From Laetmonice hystrix (lineage: Eukaryota): a stretch of DNA of 64,000 nt. The position numbers and the translations under genes are program-made. The notes under the pieces were generated by a model. That model saw only the letters and a list, made by a program, of their open reading frames with translations, ran no database searches and was not told the DNA's origin. How positions within the stretch are numbered: the first letter of the stretch is position 1; every line of letters starts with the position of its first letter. The DNA is taken from NCBI GenBank assembly GCA_965235115.1, contig OZ249437.1, positions 22,010,001-22,074,000 on the forward strand. The letters are read 5' to 3'. Positions 37,089 through 48,846 of this stretch are shown here, one piece after another.

Positions 37089-38555
37089 GGACGGGCACGT
37101 ACAGACAGACGACAGTTCCCAAATACTTGTACACAACGTCTATCTAGTACAGTCCTTAATCAAAGCTGGACATCACACGGATTCAACAATCAATAGTGTA
37201 CATTGTATGTTTACCTGTAAAATATCATGTTTCCTTCAAATGGAAATACAATACTTCTGAAGATCTTTTGTGTATTACATTTAAAAAGTTTTTTGAATAT
37301 AATTGAAATATATATCGGACATTATAAACAGTTTATGGTTGACCTTTAACAGCGATTCGCTAATAATTTAAGTACAACACATACACGTACTGCTATACAG
37401 ACCTTTTCTGTATTTTCACCGGATCACATTTTTCTGCATTTTCACCAGATTACATTTTTCTGTATTTTCACCGGAATACATTTTCAGCTGTAATAACCTA
37501 TTCAGATTTAGACATAAATACACGAGAAAATATGGCACATCTTGTAACAACTGAAAGACTGGGGATACATTTGCCTTGTGTTTCTAATAAAGTACGTAAC
37601 TGGCATACCAGAAAATGTTTGTACAACGTACTCAGATCACACACACAAGATGGACCCTTCAGCAACTGGCTTATAAAACTATCAGTAGTATCAACTGTTC
37701 CCATCAACTATAAACAGAAAGACAAGATTGCTAGGATCTATATATAATTATATGCACCAGGCATGGCAATGAAGCACCTTTGGTATGATATTATTAAGCA
37801 TCCTCGGTAATAATACTACAGGGTGAGCATGGATCTGAAACAAAGATTTCTTGGAGTGGGAAACCCAGAATACGGATCATTTTGTGGTGCTCCCCCCTGT
37901 AGAGCAGTATCAGTCAGCATAAACTCTGGACACAATTGTTACAAACATAGCATACTCAGCATGTCAAATACAACATGTGTTCACATGCACAGAACATAAT
38001 ACATGTATACCTAAGTACAAATTCAACTTCTCCCTTGAGAACAACATCCCCCATTCACAGAGGTACATGTAGTTGTATAATCTACCACTTTACTCACAAA
38101 AATATATATAGCCTGGAAACTCGGCATATGACATTAGCTAGTAGTCACTGCACCTAGAATGAAAATAAACTCTGGTCATTTGTATGAACCCTTTGTGCCT
38201 GGTACCTTGCTAACAGACATGGTTGATGTAATGGTTGGGCCAAGCCGCCCTGGTCAGGTTTATGCTGTGATCATGGAACACTACTTGCTGCCACAAAATT
38301 ACAAAATGCCCACAATGAAAGTTATCACAATCAACTAGTATGACAAAATGCCTCAAGTCTACCAAGTACACGTGGATGAACTGTTTACAACTGTAAGCTT
38401 ACCGGGAATAACAGTACACTCATGTACCATACACGTGTTATCCTGACAACATCCTCATGACAATCGCCATCGGTATAAAACCCTCGCGAGGACTGGTTTA
38501 CATTGAGACACACGGCTCCACTGTGGACTAGGCTGGCATGGCCAAGTGCTGAGAC

Positions 38556-38856
38556 CGATTTGATGAAAGTTCATGGGTGTGTTACTGTGTAATTGATCCT
38601 TACCAGAGCCCAAGGCACACAGCAGTAACAGATTTGATGAAAGTTCATGGGTGTGTTACTGTGTAATTGATCCTTACCAGAGCCCAAGGCACACAGCAGT
38701 AACAGATTTGATGAAGTTTATGGGTGTGTTACTGTGTAATTGATCCTTACCAGAGCCCAAGGCACACAACAGTAACAGATTTGATGAAAGTTCATGGGTG
38801 TGTTACTGTGTAATTGATCCTTACCAGAGCCCAAGGCACACAGCAGTAACAGATTT
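38556..38856. repeat. 74-bp tandem repeat, about 4 copies
   Basis: AGATTTGATGAAAGTTCATGGGTGTGTTACTGTG...GCAGTAAC. Confidence 0.92.
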
Positions 38857-39019
38857 GTTCAGCTCAAGGTCAACTGAGGCAGTCAAGGCTGGAACTCTAC
38901 CTGAGATGGAATACAAATGGTACTCGTGTTTGCCGACTGTGGTTAAGACACTAACAATAACATCAGCTGAGGAGGAGGCTTCTAAACCAGCCTACCATAG
39001 TCTGTACCACAAGGAAAAC

Positions 39020-39745
39020 CTCAACTAGCCTTCTGTGGTCTGAGGTGTGCCACATGGAAAGCGAGGTGCACCACAAGGAAAGCCTGGACTAGCGGTCTGT
39101 GGCTTGAGGTGCACCACAAGGAAAGCCTGAACTAGCCTTCTGTGGTCCAAGGTGCACCACAAGGAAAGCCTGAACTAGCCTTCTGTGGTCCAAGGTGCAC
39201 CACAAGGAGAGCCTGAACTAGCCTTTGTGGTCTAAGGTGCACCACAAGGAAAGCCTGAACTAGCCTTCTGTGGCTTGAGGTGCACCACAAGGAAAGCCTG
39301 GACTAGATTCTGTGGTCCAAGGTGCACCACAAGGAAAGCCTGAACTAGCCTAATTTGTGGTCTAAGGTGCACCACAAGGAAAGCCTGAACTAGCCTTCTG
39401 TGGCTTGAGGTGCACCACAAGGAAAACCTGGACTAGATTCTGTGGTCCAAGGTGCACCACAAGGAAAGCCTGAACTAGCCTTCTGTGGTCCAAGGTGCAC
39501 CACAAGGAAAGCCTGAACTAGCCTTCCATGGCTTGAGGGGCACGACAAGGAAAGCCTGGACTAAATTCTGTAGTCCAAGGTGCACCACAAGGAAAGCCTG
39601 GACTAAATTCTGTAGTCCAAGGTGCACCACAAGGAAAGCCTGAACTAGCCTTCTGTGGTCTGAGGTGCACCTCAAGCAAAGCCTGGACTAGCCTTCTGTG
39701 GCTTGAGGTGCACCAGAAGAAAAGCCTTAACTAGCCTTCCATGGT
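39020..39745. repeat. Minisatellite, about 43-bp unit, about 16 copies
   Basis: GGTGCACCACAAGGAAAGCCTGAACTAGCCTTCTGTGGTCCAA. Confidence 0.94.
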
Positions 39746-40162
39746 TCGAGTTGCCTTTTATGGCTGAAAATTGGATAAACCTGAGAACTGAAGGTCCAGA
39801 ATGTATTAGCTATGGTCCATGGCTAGGTGAACACACCACAAAAAGAAATGCTGTTAAAGTTCCTGAACCAAAACATGCCACAAAAAGACTGTCTATTGGC
39901 TGGCATGGCAAGGCTAAATTAATCACACAAGAAAGTAGCTAATGACTATCAATGGTTGACTCTAGTTGTTTAACCACAAAATGGAGGCCTGTTAATCCTC
40001 GTTTTAAGTAACCCTTAATGCGCAAGGCTAGTTAGGCCACGGAAAGTCCTACTTAGTGTACTAAAGTCCAAGCCTGGAAATGAAAACGAAGTAATGAAAA
40101 GCATTTGTAACTTGAGCATTTTGATTACTGCAGTAATGTTTAGACTGGCCCTAGCCATTTAA

Positions 40163-40688
40163 AGGGAGTCGTAAAATTCATTTTTTCGATTTATGGCAGT
40201 CTTAGAAACATTATGATTCGCATACCTTGGACTCCCAGTAACATCATGTGAGACTGTTATGGCCCAGCGACCAGTATTTAGTAAGAAAAATATGCCAAAT
40301 CTCTCGCAAATACGTAGCTCAGAATTAGCGAGCGGCCCACAGGATATTTGAGTTGGCCGCGGTCGGGCAATGATGACGCGTGATCACGTGACTTCCGGGT
40401 GTACATGCAGTATTTAGGTCAATGCTAGACTAGAGGGAGATTCCCTTCCACACCCGGAAGTCACGTGATCACGCGTCATCATCGCCCGACCGCGGCCAAC
40501 TCAAATATCCTGTGGGCCGCTCGCTAATTCTGAGCTACGTATTTGCGAGAGATTTGGCATATTTTCCTTACTAAATACTGGTCGCTGGGCCATAACAGTC
40601 TCACATGATGTTACTGGGAGTCCAAGGTATGCGAATCATATGTTTCTAAGACTGCCATAAATCGAAAAAATGAATTTTACGACTCCCT
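40163..40688. mobile_element. Fold-back MITE with TTAA target site (Kolobok-like)
   Basis: About 240-bp near-perfect inverted arms with a 47-bp spacer (40403-40449); termini AGGGAG...CTCCCT flanked by TTAA on both sides. Confidence 0.85.
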
Positions 40689-40751
40689 TTAAATCAAGTA
40701 CCATAATGTGGGATTTTGTGAAAGATGAACCCACATTGTGCAGATTGGTAC

Positions 40752-40979
40752 CTAGTCCTTTTTGATTCCATTACTGACAGCATGGCCATTACTGACAGTG
40801 GCATTCTGGTTCCGGTCAATCTTAGCCTTGGGCTTGCGGTAAGCTTTGATGTAGAAATCGGCGAACATGACAAGAAAGATGATGGCATACAGGCCGATCC
40901 AAACACAGAAGAGTTTCGGGTAGCTGCAGTCTATGACGAGCAGTTGTAAGGCATGAATTGTGACGAGGATAAACTGGGT
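40752..40979 (-). CDS. ELOVL7: ELOVL coding exon 7 (TQFILVTIH...FADFYIKAY...NGIKKD*)
   Basis: tttcag| acceptor; TxxQxxQF motif spans the exon 6/7 junction; C-terminal di-lysine ER-retrieval-like end. Total CDS 861 nt = 286 aa. Confidence 0.94.
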   Translation of the reverse strand, partial: TQFILVTIHALQLLVIDCSYPKLFCVWIGLYAIIFLVMFADFYIKAYRKPKAKIDRNQNATVSNGHAVSNGIKKD

Positions 40980-41092
40980 CTGAAACAAACATACAAACGT
41001 TGGTGCACTCAGTTTGAGTTTATCTGTTCAGTCTCGGGTCTAACAAAATAACATCAAATACAGTTAACCTGCACATTATATCTTAAACTTAC

Positions 41093-41229
41093 AATCTGCA
41101 TCTTTGTCATGTACTTCTTCCACCAGAGGTACTTTTGGTATTGAGGTCCGAGTGCCGACACGCCGTAGTAGGTGTACATCATGAAATGGATCCATGAGTT
41201 GAGGAGAGCGTGGAATGTTCCAAACCCAC
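41093..41229 (-). CDS. ELOVL7: ELOVL coding exon 6 (GGFGTFHALLNSWIHFMMYTYYGVSALGPQYQKYLWWKKYMTKMQI)
   Basis: attcag| acceptor, |gtaagt donor; NxxxHxxMYxYY and KYLWWKKY motifs. Confidence 0.96.
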
Positions 41230-41415
41230 CTGAATCAAACCATTTATTTCTTACTCATTCCTGGCTAGGTTCAAACAAACATTCCAATTGATGTGGACAT
41301 ATTTCAAAACTCTGATGAAAACTTTAAAAAATGGAATCCACAAATTATATTCATATATTCATATTCATAATATGAAACAGCAGCGTGCACTGGGATTCTT
41401 CTTTAAATGAGGAAC

Positions 41416-41777
41416 ACCAAGGGGAACAGGAAAGTGTGCTTACCTGGGACAAACTTGACACCAAACCAAGGGGAACAGGAAAGTGTGCTTACCTGGGACA
41501 AACTTGACACCAAACCAAGGGGAACAAGAGGAAAGTGTGCTTACCTGGGACAAACTTGACACCAAACCAAGGGGAACAAGAGGAAAGTGTGCTTACCTGG
41601 GACAAACTTGACACCAAACCAAGGGGAACAAGAGGAAAGTGTGCTTACCTGGGACAAACTTGACACCAAACCAAGGGGAACAAGAGGAAAGTGTGCTTAC
41701 CTGGGACAAACCTGACACCAAACCAAGGGGAACAAGAGGAAAGTGTGCTTACCTGGGACAAACTTGACACCAAACCA
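41416..41777 (-). repeat. 52/49-bp tandem array of the ELOVL exon 5 end plus donor site (7 copies)
   Basis: Sense unit TGGTTTGGTGTCAAGTTTGTCCCAG|GTAAGCACACTTTCCTCTTGTTCCCCT. Confidence 0.95.
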
Positions 41778-41858
41778 CCATGATACAGGCATGATACTGT
41801 GATGGAAAACATGGAGGAAAGACACTTGGTTCATCTTCTTGCGCATCACGAAGAAAAT
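41753..41858 (-). CDS. ELOVL7: ELOVL coding exon 5 ([35 protein letters not shown])
   Basis: tttcag| acceptor, CAG|gtaagc donor; catalytic histidine box HxxHH. Confidence 0.96.
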
Positions 41859-42050
41859 CTGAAAAAATGTTAAACCAAATTTATTTACCGTGCACAAATA
41901 TGTCATCAGTTTTCACATGTCCTCCTTATTTACTATTTGAAGTAATTAATTTAGTCCTGTTTCACTAACAATCTGGTTATACTTACTGTGTCAAGCAGCT
42001 CGATGAACTTAGAAAAGAACTTGTTTCATTGACAGTTAGGTGATACTTAC

Positions 42051-42107
42051 TGTGTCAAACAGCTCGATGAACTTAGAGAAGAAGAACAGCCAGCAAACAT
42101 TCACCAT
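42051..42107 (-). CDS. ELOVL7: ELOVL coding exon 4 (MVNVCWLFFFSKFIELFDT)
   Basis: tttcag| acceptor, |gtaagt donor; KxxExxDT elongase motif. Confidence 0.95.
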
Positions 42108-42233
42108 CTGAAACAGAAGACGCGATTCATTCACCACAGTCACCCATGAGACACACGTACAGGTTAATGTGACCAACTTAGGGCACTCCTGTAATTTTCT
42201 GGCTTACATTCCAACAACATCAATAACACTTAC

Positions 42234-42314
42234 CCTGAGGGCCTTGGGGGAGTAGGAATAATCAACAAGATCACACTTGTATGTGTACCCAGTGAACCAG
42301 CCAGCCAGCCCAAA
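42234..42314 (-). CDS. ELOVL7: ELOVL coding exon 3 (FGLAGWFTGYTYKCDLVDYSYSPKALR)
   Basis: tatag| acceptor, |gtaagt donor, 81 nt; GY-x-x-x-C-D-x-VDYS motif. Confidence 0.93.
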
Positions 42315-42723
42315 CTATAACAACAACACAGGAGAAACAGGTATGAAATGTTAGGATTTCTCTCAATCCATCCAGGGAGGGAAGACCCAGGGATCTTATA
42401 CCATGTTGGCAACTTACGCTAGCATCATGGGGACACGATCATACTATTGCAGTCGGATTTAGGGACCTATTTTAAGAATCTATTTTCTTCCAGATTCGCA
42501 AGATGCCCAAGTCAATCCAACCAAGTGATATTAGATGCAGATTCTTATCATAAAGATTCCCTGAGGCTGAAGAAAGACCCCACTCAGGAGTCGAGTACCG
42601 TACCATACTTAGTGGGGTATAAGTCACTCTCATGGATTGGACGCAGGAGACAATTTACAGACAAAATTCATAGATAGGATGCGATGGTGATTGCTTTTAC
42701 AGGAATCAATCATTACATCTTAC

Positions 42724-42914
42724 CTCCAAAAAAATATAGAAGGACAGAGCCACCATGGCAAAGTTGTAGACAAGCATGATTTCTCGAATGTTGTAGGGTT
42801 GGCGTTTCTCCATGAACTTGGGGCCAGCGATAGTCACCAAGTAAATGTACCCAAAGCAGATGGCAAAACTTGGCCACGGTGTGTTCATGAGCAAGTGGTC
42901 GGCCACCCTGGGAT
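42724..42914 (-). CDS. ELOVL7: ELOVL coding exon 2 (DPRVADHLLMNTPWP...GPKFMEKRQPY...SFYIFLE)
   Basis: ttgcag| acceptor, |gtaaga donor; DPRV and GPKFM motifs. Confidence 0.93.
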
Positions 42915-43129
42915 CTGCAACCCAAAATGATATCACCAATTAAAAATTAACATTTTCACCCCAGGATGAACTAGACAAAAAGACCTGTGTCAATACGAAC
43001 GATGTATGATGCCTGTATTATACAAACAGTGCCTGAACTGAATGCTTCTGATGATATTTTCAAGATTAATTTATTAACAGATTCTTTACGCAGTTGCCTG
43101 CAGAGATACAAATGGAATCAATCACTGAC

Positions 43130-43190
43130 CTGACCTGTTGGTGACCAGGTCATCCCAATAGTTCATGGCGTCGGTTATTAAGTTTGACAT
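43130..43190 (-). CDS. ELOVL7: ELOVL1/7-type elongase coding exon 1 (MSNLITDAMNYWDDLVTNRS)
   Basis: ATG at 43190; |gtcagt donor in phase 1 gives the conserved DPRV. An acceptor at about 43230 implies an upstream non-coding exon (candidate donor GAG|GTGAGC at about 45597). ELOVL1 versus ELOVL7 orthology cannot be resolved by eye. Confidence 0.8.
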
Positions 43191-44788
43191 CGTAGGTGTT
43201 ACGTCAAGTGATGTCCACCAGTTAACCTCCTACCAACACAAGACAATGGTCACTGTACAATGAGTCAGGCTGAGTCTGGTGTACAGTACTGGCGCTCTCT
43301 GATCATATCCTGGAGAGGCAAACACCATGTAGGTCATGCAATACCAACTTAGGTTTATTTTGTGGGATCCCCCAAAATCTGTAAAAATAAAGTCAGACCT
43401 CGTTAATCCGTGAGCACTTCTTTAATCTGTACAGTTTCTGGTAACCTCTTCTACCATATTTAAAATGATTCACTAATCCGTATGTTTCACAATCCAAACA
43501 CATTTTAACGGGCACTAAGCTCTTTGGATAAACATGGTCTGACTATATTTCAATCAACACGGAAGGCCCTCAGATATTTCCAAGCAAACACGTTCTGAAT
43601 CAAAGACCCTGGGGTGGGGAGTATCTCGGCCTGGTTTATTAAAACTTAATTTCCTGTCGGGATCCCTGCCTACAAGGGCAACCTGTGCTGGCTACTTTAT
43701 TTACAAAATTTTTTAGGCATAGATTGCACTTGACGACAAAAAAAGTGATGGGTCACCCGTTACTTTGGTCTTATCTCCATCTACTCAATTTGAAAGCCCT
43801 GGTTCTTCACCGGCCACTCAGAAGGATTAGGTTTCAGCAAGAACTTTAGCTTTGACAAACCTGGCCCAGTCCCCATAGCACACATCTTTACTGTCTGGTC
43901 TAAAGGTCAATAATCTATAGATTGCAGAAAAAGTATCAGTGCCGAGACATCTGCAGCACGCCACCAGAATTGCATCAGGGAGCGACTTTTTTGCTGCATG
44001 CACTTGCTGCACTGAGGGAATGTGTGCATAGTACCACTGCCATTGAACAACCATTCGAGCAATCAAAAGATGATGTACTGCAACATGTTTAATAGTTTAA
44101 GACATGTATGCCTTTACCTTGCCCGAATCAACAGTCTCAAGTCACTCAGAATGATGCGGACGCAAACTTCCAAGAGTTATGTGTGACCAAGAGGGCAGAA
44201 CTTGAGTACCTGCAGCCTTGACCATAAAACAGATCAGATAGGAGACAGATAAAGAGTGTACAATGTATGCACTCTGTGACTTTACAACATACAACTGGCA
44301 ATCAAAGTTCAACTTTCAAGGGTCAGAAAGTTTTGACAGCCGTTGGACCACCAACTACAGGCAAGGGCTTCAGTGAGAGTGCTTGCTAAACTCCTCAACA
44401 GAGCACGTATGGAAAGTTACCTAGAAACAGAATAGGTTTATAGTCACTCACAGACCTCTCAACTCCAGGCCAACTTGGATAATTACTAATGCATTCTTCC
44501 AAATTAAGTTTCTCATGGCATGTAAGGTGGTGAATTGTCTTCCCCTATGGCTATGCCGGGTACATGGCCATGCAGTAGTGTGGTCTTGATATAGTCCAGG
44601 ATAATATTCGGACAAAATTTCCTGGATGTCTTCATATTTTGCCAGGTTTTAGAGGTAGTTGAATGACTGTACATTTTACTACAACGATGTTGTCTGAGAG
44701 TGACAATGCAAGGCTGAAATAAGAGACGACGTTTGGAAAGTAAGTGTTTGGTTACCTTCAACCATGAAAGATATAAAAAAAAGACCTG

Positions 44789-44958
44789 GGCCCGGTTCAC
44801 AAACAAAGTCCAGTCAAATTTAATTGACTTGAAGTCAATTTTACTTGAATCTTTTTTTTTTTTTTATTAAACATCTTTACCCTAGATGTCCAATCTAATT
44901 GGTTAAAATGGATTTCAAGTTAATTAAAATTGACTTGACTTTGTTTGTGAACCGGGCC
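44789..44958. mobile_element. MITE, Harbinger-like termini
   Basis: TIR GGCCCGGTTCACAAACAAAGTC / GACTTTGTTTGTGAACCGGGCC; target duplication unclear. Confidence 0.6.
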
Positions 44959-47642
44959 AAGGAGTTGGCCTCAGAATGAACTATTTGGCATCTAAAATAT
45001 GGAAATTTCCCCCCAGACCCCCCTACAGGAGGGGACACCCTCCCAGCTAGCACTGGCCACTGACATTCAGTTTCAACATGCAGCAACACAATTTTTTCCT
45101 AGACAGAACCCTGCATGCCATATGTGATTGCACATCGTAATTTTTCAAATTTTTCTGGGCGAGGGCCCCCCATCTCAGCATGGGGGACACCCCCTTTCCC
45201 AAATTTCTGGATCTGCCCCACTCAGAAATCTCTAGCTACGGGCCTGCCATGCGGCCATACTTTAAATTATTTGTCTGTATAATGATTTAGTTCAGGGCCC
45301 AGTCACGGAAGAGCGATAAACCGCTCCTGACTGATGCCGAGTGTATGCACCTTACCAGGTCAGACTCATGCAGACTGCAGTCATGGAGTCAAGAGTTCGA
45401 CGGTTCGTGTCTTTGCTCCATCCGTAAAACAAGATGCCACGTATTGTTACTCGGCTAGAATAAACCCTCTCCACTCGCCATGGATTTTCCATATAAATAG
45501 TATAAAACTTACCTCTTATTTGTTCGAGAAACCAGGGAAACGGAGCAACAACCAGTTGCTTCTCAGCTCACCAACCGGCTTGACGACTGTCGCTCACCTC
45601 ATGCGGAAATGACCTCTTTGAGCATGCCCAGTCGTAACGCCTCTGCGTGACCGCTGACCTTTGACCCCTCCAGAATCCATCAGCTGATTGCCGCTTGGGG
45701 CCCAGTTATTTTGGCAAGCGGAATCGGTAAATCCCGATAAACAGTGTTTTTAGATCGAAAAACGCTATTTATCGATCAATAAACACTGTTTTTCGATCGA
45801 TAAACAATGTTTATCAGTTGAAACCCTGTGTATCGCTTGATATCACAACTAGCCTAGTTTTAGTTGAAAAACAGTGTTTAGCCACTTTAGGCAAGGCATA
45901 GACTCTATGACTATCGGTTAAAAAACACTAGCCTATCGATCGATAAACAGTGTTTTTGGACAGCAACTCTACTTAACGACTGAAAGACAAGGTTTTTGTC
46001 GAAAAACACTGTTTATCGATCGATGAACAATGTTTATCGATCGATAAAGAGCCATTTTTCTCGCCATAGAACTTTCTGAATTGACCATCCTAAACCCCCT
46101 AAGCAACCCCCCCCCACCCCCGCCAAATCCTCGACCCACCCTTTCCTATAAGGAAGGGATAGATCTAAGGTGGAATTTCTAGATCTGGCGGGGGAGGGGA
46201 GGGGGGATCCGATCCCCCTTGATTGAACAAATTAGGCTCATCCACTAGGCCTATGTAGCCATAGTGGAATGGAATGGAATGCTGAGGAATATATATAGGC
46301 GGCAAACTAAGGCCTATGCAATGTAGCCTACGTATCCAGAGATTTTGGCGAAGTATAGACGGCGCCTATACAATATTTCTTTCAGATGAGATACGTAGCT
46401 TGGGATTTCTGTGATTCTATAAATAGTGGTTTGGCGGGCTACGTACAGGCCCAAATAATTCTATGAGTCGCATAGCATCACAAGCCATGGAGACAGATCT
46501 GTTCCTTTCAGAAAGATTACCTTGTTTATATTCAGGAATAGAATTACTGGTTTCAAATCATAAAGATTGCAGTAGATATCTTTAGCCGACGTAACGCGGC
46601 TTGTTTATCCATGTACCGGTAGATGGCGCCAACATCAGTTGCGCCCTCAAACGGCCCTTTTTAGACTTAGGCCTACTAAGAATGTGACTGATCCGGCAGT
46701 CTCGTATTGACTGCTGATCTGGGATCATCGTTTGCAGGACAGCCCCCGGCTCCGTATAGTGATACTAACGTAGGCCGCTAGAGGGCCTAGCCCTTGATGA
46801 GGCCGTCTGGTGACAAAACTACAAGCCAGACAAAGCCAACTTAGGTTCCCCAAGCGGCGATTATATGAATCAAATGAAGTGCCAAGCTCCGGCCCTAAAC
46901 TACAAAACCATATCGCCATGGTTTTCTTTGTAAGTGTGGTGAGCACATTATCGGTGAGCACATTTTCTCAACTTGAGTAAAGCTTACTTAAGTAAAGTTA
47001 CAGGCTTCTGATTGGCTGTTTTGCTTTGGTAAGCTTTACTCAAGTTGAGAATTATTCAAAAACTGGGCCCAGGTCCCAATTTGCCACCATGCGGGAACCA
47101 TATGCCACCAATCCAGTTCTGCTGGCCAAGACATTTCTGCACCTGCCCCCCCCCCCTCCCCCAACAGACAGATACATAATTAGAGCTATCAAGACAGGTT
47201 TGGATGTGCCACAGAGCAGTGCCACTATATAGAGGCGTTAAATGAGTGAAACTGCACTAATAGAGGTCAAAATTGATCGAAACTGGATTTGAATAAAGGT
47301 GCAGACTCTACCATCTAAATTTACTTTGCTTGTTTCTCAATGTTTTCGAATTTTTCGAACGGCAGGTTCTACTCCAAAATATATGTATAATTCCACCTAA
47401 TTTGTCATCCACTTGAATTGTCCGAGGTGTAGGCTACATAACAAAGTTAGGGGGTCTTTTGGCAGGTCATGACCTTCCTTGTCTATTAATTTACCATAAA
47501 AAGTTTAGGCCCTAAAATTCTAATTAGCTTAAAATTATAAATCTATGTCGTTGAATCCATTCGGTATAATACTGTTAGCAGATTATGGCCTGCACCCGTT
47601 GACCGGCATTGATTGGTAACGGGATAAACTGATCAATATACT

Positions 47643-48125
47643 GTTTTAGGTCGAGCTGGGTGTTTTAGGTCGAGCTGGGTGTTTTAGGTCGTGCTAGGTG
47701 TTTTGGGTCGAGCTAGGTGTTTTTGGATCGTGCCAGGCGTTTTAGGTCGAGCTGGGTGTTTTAGGTCGAGCTGGGTGTTTTAGATCGTGCTAGGTGTTTT
47801 AGATCGAGCTGGGTGTTTTAGGTCGAGCTGGATGTTTTAGGTCGTGCTGGGTGTTTTAGGTCGAGCTGGATGTTTTAGGCCGAGCTGGTTGTTTTAGGTC
47901 GTGCTAGGTGTTTTAGATCGAGCTGGGTGTTTTAGGTCGAGCTGGGTGTTTTAGGTCGTGCTAGGTGTTTTAGATCGAGCTGGGTGTTTTAGGTCGAGCT
48001 GGGTGTTTTAGGTCGAGCTGGGTGTTTTAGGTCGTGCTAGGTGTTTTAGATCGAGCTGGGTGTTTTAGATCGAGCTGGGTGTTTTAGGTCGAGCTGGGTG
48101 TTTTAGGTCGAGCTAGGTGTTTTAG
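47643..48125. repeat. Minisatellite, 19-bp unit, about 25 copies
   Basis: GTCGAGCTGGGTGTTTTAG. Confidence 0.95.
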
Positions 48126-48846
48126 TTCATGTTCATGTAGAGGCCGATGTGCGTGAATAACATAATAACAGAATAGATTAGATGAGATAAACGATAGGTT
48201 TCTGTCTCAAGTTCCCTCAACTTATCAAATGCATCATCATATAGGCTGCCTCTGGTTGATAGAACCAACGCCCCCCCCCCCCCCCACCCCTAATTTAGTT
48301 TATACAAGTCGGCCCGGCCCATACAGAGCCTCTGGCTTTATGAAGAATTTTAGTCAGACTCAATGGACACTGGCCAGTCTGACCCGGCCGGGGGGCATGC
48401 CCCCTCCCCCTGTCGGACATTGAGGAATCCTTATTTTCCACCATCCGGGACTTTCCCGAGTGTTTAAGCCAACCGTGTAATTGCTTAGTTTCGGATCCCT
48501 GTTTAGTTTAGTAATGAACTTTTTTACTTATGATTTATTTGTAAGTGGTTGAACTTCCCGGTTCCCACTATAGCCTATACGAAATGCGCAGTTGATCTGT
48601 GCGTAGGCCGCACGACCTGTTAGTTCGGACTAGAGTTGGGATCATTGATTTACTGTGGATAGGGGCAGCTGGATATAGGGGCCTATAAAGAGGCTTATCA
48701 TGCACTAACCCAGCCATTCTAAAATGTGAGCATGCACATACAAATATATCGCAGTATGTATTCTAATTTTTCTTTACTTTAAAACTTATACAGTGTCAAA
48801 AGTTTGACGCCGGCCGGCCTTGTGAATCCACCGGCCCGGTCCAGTA

